Below, one piece after another: positions 35,973 to 37,927 of a stretch of 37,927 nucleotides of DNA. The position numbers were made by a program, and so were the translations under genes. How positions within the stretch are numbered: position 1 is the first letter of the stretch; each line of letters begins with the position of its first letter. The notes under the pieces were generated by a model. The model searched no databases, was not told where the DNA came from, and was given only the letters and a program-made list of their open reading frames with translations. The stretch lies in contig NW_003526945.1 of NCBI RefSeq assembly GCF_000181795.1, positions 1,017,766 to 1,055,692 of the forward strand, given 5' to 3'. Source of the stretch: Trichinella spiralis (taxonomy: Eukaryota).

Positions 35973-37927
35973 TGGTATTTGATGAAAACATTAAAGGAAT
36001 CCACCAGTATGTACAATGGAAATGAATCCAACCATCTCAGAAACTACGGCGTATTGTAAAATAATTTTATATTTAGAACAAGCAGTTTTGTGCCAATTAA
36101 AGGTATGTAAATTTGGAATAAGCCGCAATCGATGATTTTTTGAGAAATTTGATAAAGTTGCTAGTTTGAGTATTTGGAATTTTTAGAAAAAAAAAAGACT
36201 GGCATATTGCACGAAAAATGTTTTCATATATGATAATTTTGGACTATTTTCATAATTGAATTGCAATCTATGAAAAAATTCAATTAACAAGGGTTGTTAA
36301 TTTTGAAAGTTTTTGTTACATTAATGAAATTCAAGAACAATTCTTGTAAAGAAACATTTATTTTTTTGGGTTTAGAAATTGATGGTTCTGTTGAAAAAAA
36401 TTAATGAATCCATAGCATGTTCCCATTTTGTTAACGGTCCTTTTTCATTCCTCGGCGCAAAAGATTTTTTCAATATTTGGATTTTTTTTCATTTTTATAT
36501 TTTTTTATTCATGAAAGTTAGTGTTTTTTGCAGTTTGTCTTTTTACTGCCTATTACAATGAATGACGTTAGTTACTGACATTTAATTATTACCTGTCTAG
36601 GTTTCTAATTTTTTTTGAAAACTGTATTTTTTTACTCATCAATTGTTATGTATTATAATACATGAACATCATAAATCTTTTGTAAAACCCATTCATCATT
36701 CTTTATCAATTAAACGCTTCTGTATATTTTGTGTTGAATGAAGGAATATTATTTCTTTTTACAAGACTTTAATTATGCACTTTTTTTCATTTCTTCTCCC
36801 CAATTAAGTTTCTTCTGGTAAAGGGTGGCTGCACACTACAAAATTTCGCAAAATCAGACGCAAAATCGCAGATTCGCAAAAAAAATCTATTTTGGTGCTC
36901 CCTCAGAATCGTCAAATGCTATCAGATAGGAAATGATTTTGCAGCGGCTATTGAAAAATTGTATATGTTGATCACGTTTTCGTTTTAATTGGGCAGACAT
37001 GATAATGTGAGTTTGTCAGAAAAGTATCAGACGTTTGGTAGTGCGAATACAGGCACTGAAGGGAAAGATCATGAACGACTTTCAAATATACTGGAATTCA
37101 GGCATGAACCACACAGCCATAAATGAAAAGCGTATTCGAATCTGATGGTAATTAATCTCACTGGTGCCTGCCGGCTTGGCTGCAAAAGACCTTGCTTCCA
37201 TGTTCCGGTAAATAAATACAAGTCACATTTAACATAAATGTAGTTATTCCAGCATAGTGTTTTATCTTACATGAGCACTGATAAAACCCAAAAAATGGAA
37301 ATAAAGCAGATAAAATGTGGAAAGATAAAGGATTCTTATAATACTACGTTAAAGTATACTTCAAATATAAAATCACAGATAGATAATTAATAATTGCCAA
37401 TACAGTATTATACATTATTTGAATTGCCAAATTAACGATAAGAAGACTACTAAGTAATACACAAATGAGGGAAATGCAAAAGTTGTATTCCTAGTTTTAT
37501 TTTATTAAAGTGCTGTTCGAGTGAGCTCTCTCAATGCGTAACCATAGTGCAAATGCAAGATGGTGCATTCAAGTGAAAATTTAATACTGGAACTTATTTT
37601 TCTTATGTTTTGCTATGAATGCATGTACAATTAAGTATTTGAGCAATATTCAGTATGAAGATGCGTAAAACTTTTGAAATACTTTTATAGCAGAATTCTC
37701 AATTACATACAGTTGATCATTGAAGGTTTTGAACAAATCCATATTTCAATTTTGCTATTTTAGGCAATCGTCTACATTTTAATTGGAGAAGACGATAAAA
37801 TTTTTAATTTACACTTGCTTATGGCATTTCAATTTCATTCTCAACTTAGCAGGGCAAATATGACCAAGCGCATAGAGTAATCTATTATGCAGGACAGAAA
37901 AATACCGTTTTTATACTGAAATTGTTT

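Larger units (their letters stand above)
31989..36550. repeat. Tandem array of a ~1290-bp unit: copies start at 31989, 33279 and 34568, with partial copies at 35423-35889 and 35973-~36550
   Basis: The landmark tgtatatttttttacgatcaattgaatt recurs at spacings of 1290 and 1289. Identical 60-aa ORFs occur at 32347 and 34926. The array is interrupted by N gaps, so copy number is a minimum. Confidence 0.97.

Noticed and set aside
35634..36059. ORFs within or spanning the gap-adjacent repeat copy
   Set aside because: Artefacts of N runs and homopolymer errors at contig ends.
31989..36550. Repeat unit as a 5S rRNA, spliced-leader or snRNA gene array
   Set aside because: I could not recognise 5S, tRNA or U-snRNA sequence. 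The AAAG|GTATGT at 32458 is preceded by a good acceptor and reads as a mini-exon. A covariance-model search would be needed to exclude a divergent SL RNA.
1..37927. Prokaryotic systems (CRISPR array, operons, defence islands, IS elements)
   Set aside because: The sequence is intron-containing animal DNA. I saw no short repeat-spacer array and no long uninterrupted ORFs.

Overview
AT-rich (~30% GC by eye) eukaryotic genomic DNA with many short (mostly 50-80 nt) GT-AG introns and TTTTAG/TTTCAG acceptors. This fits a nematode, and a clade I/Trichinella-like origin is my inference only. The ORF track is mostly exon fragments and antisense shadows. Splicing by hand gave five frame-consistent genes: (1) the 3' part of a neurabin/spinophilin gene (+, <453-5164); (2) a PiT/SLC20 sodium-phosphate symporter (+, 9387-12106); (3) a goosecoid K50 homeobox gene (-, 20914-20034) inside ~14 kb of otherwise non-coding DNA; (4) a short (~335 aa) NFRKB/INO80G-like DEUBAD protein (+, 26717-28630); (5) a secreted cysteine-rich EB-module/Lustrin-type protein (+, 29759-31442). 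A 226-bp solo LTR with a 4-bp target-site duplication sits in a neurabin intron. A ~1.29-kb tandem repeat array with two assembly gaps occupies ~31989-36550 and appears to be built from decayed exon/intron sequence. The best candidates for something undescribed are the truncated DEUBAD-only NFRKB, a possible eh1-less alternative first exon of goosecoid, and the gene-derived mosaic repeat.
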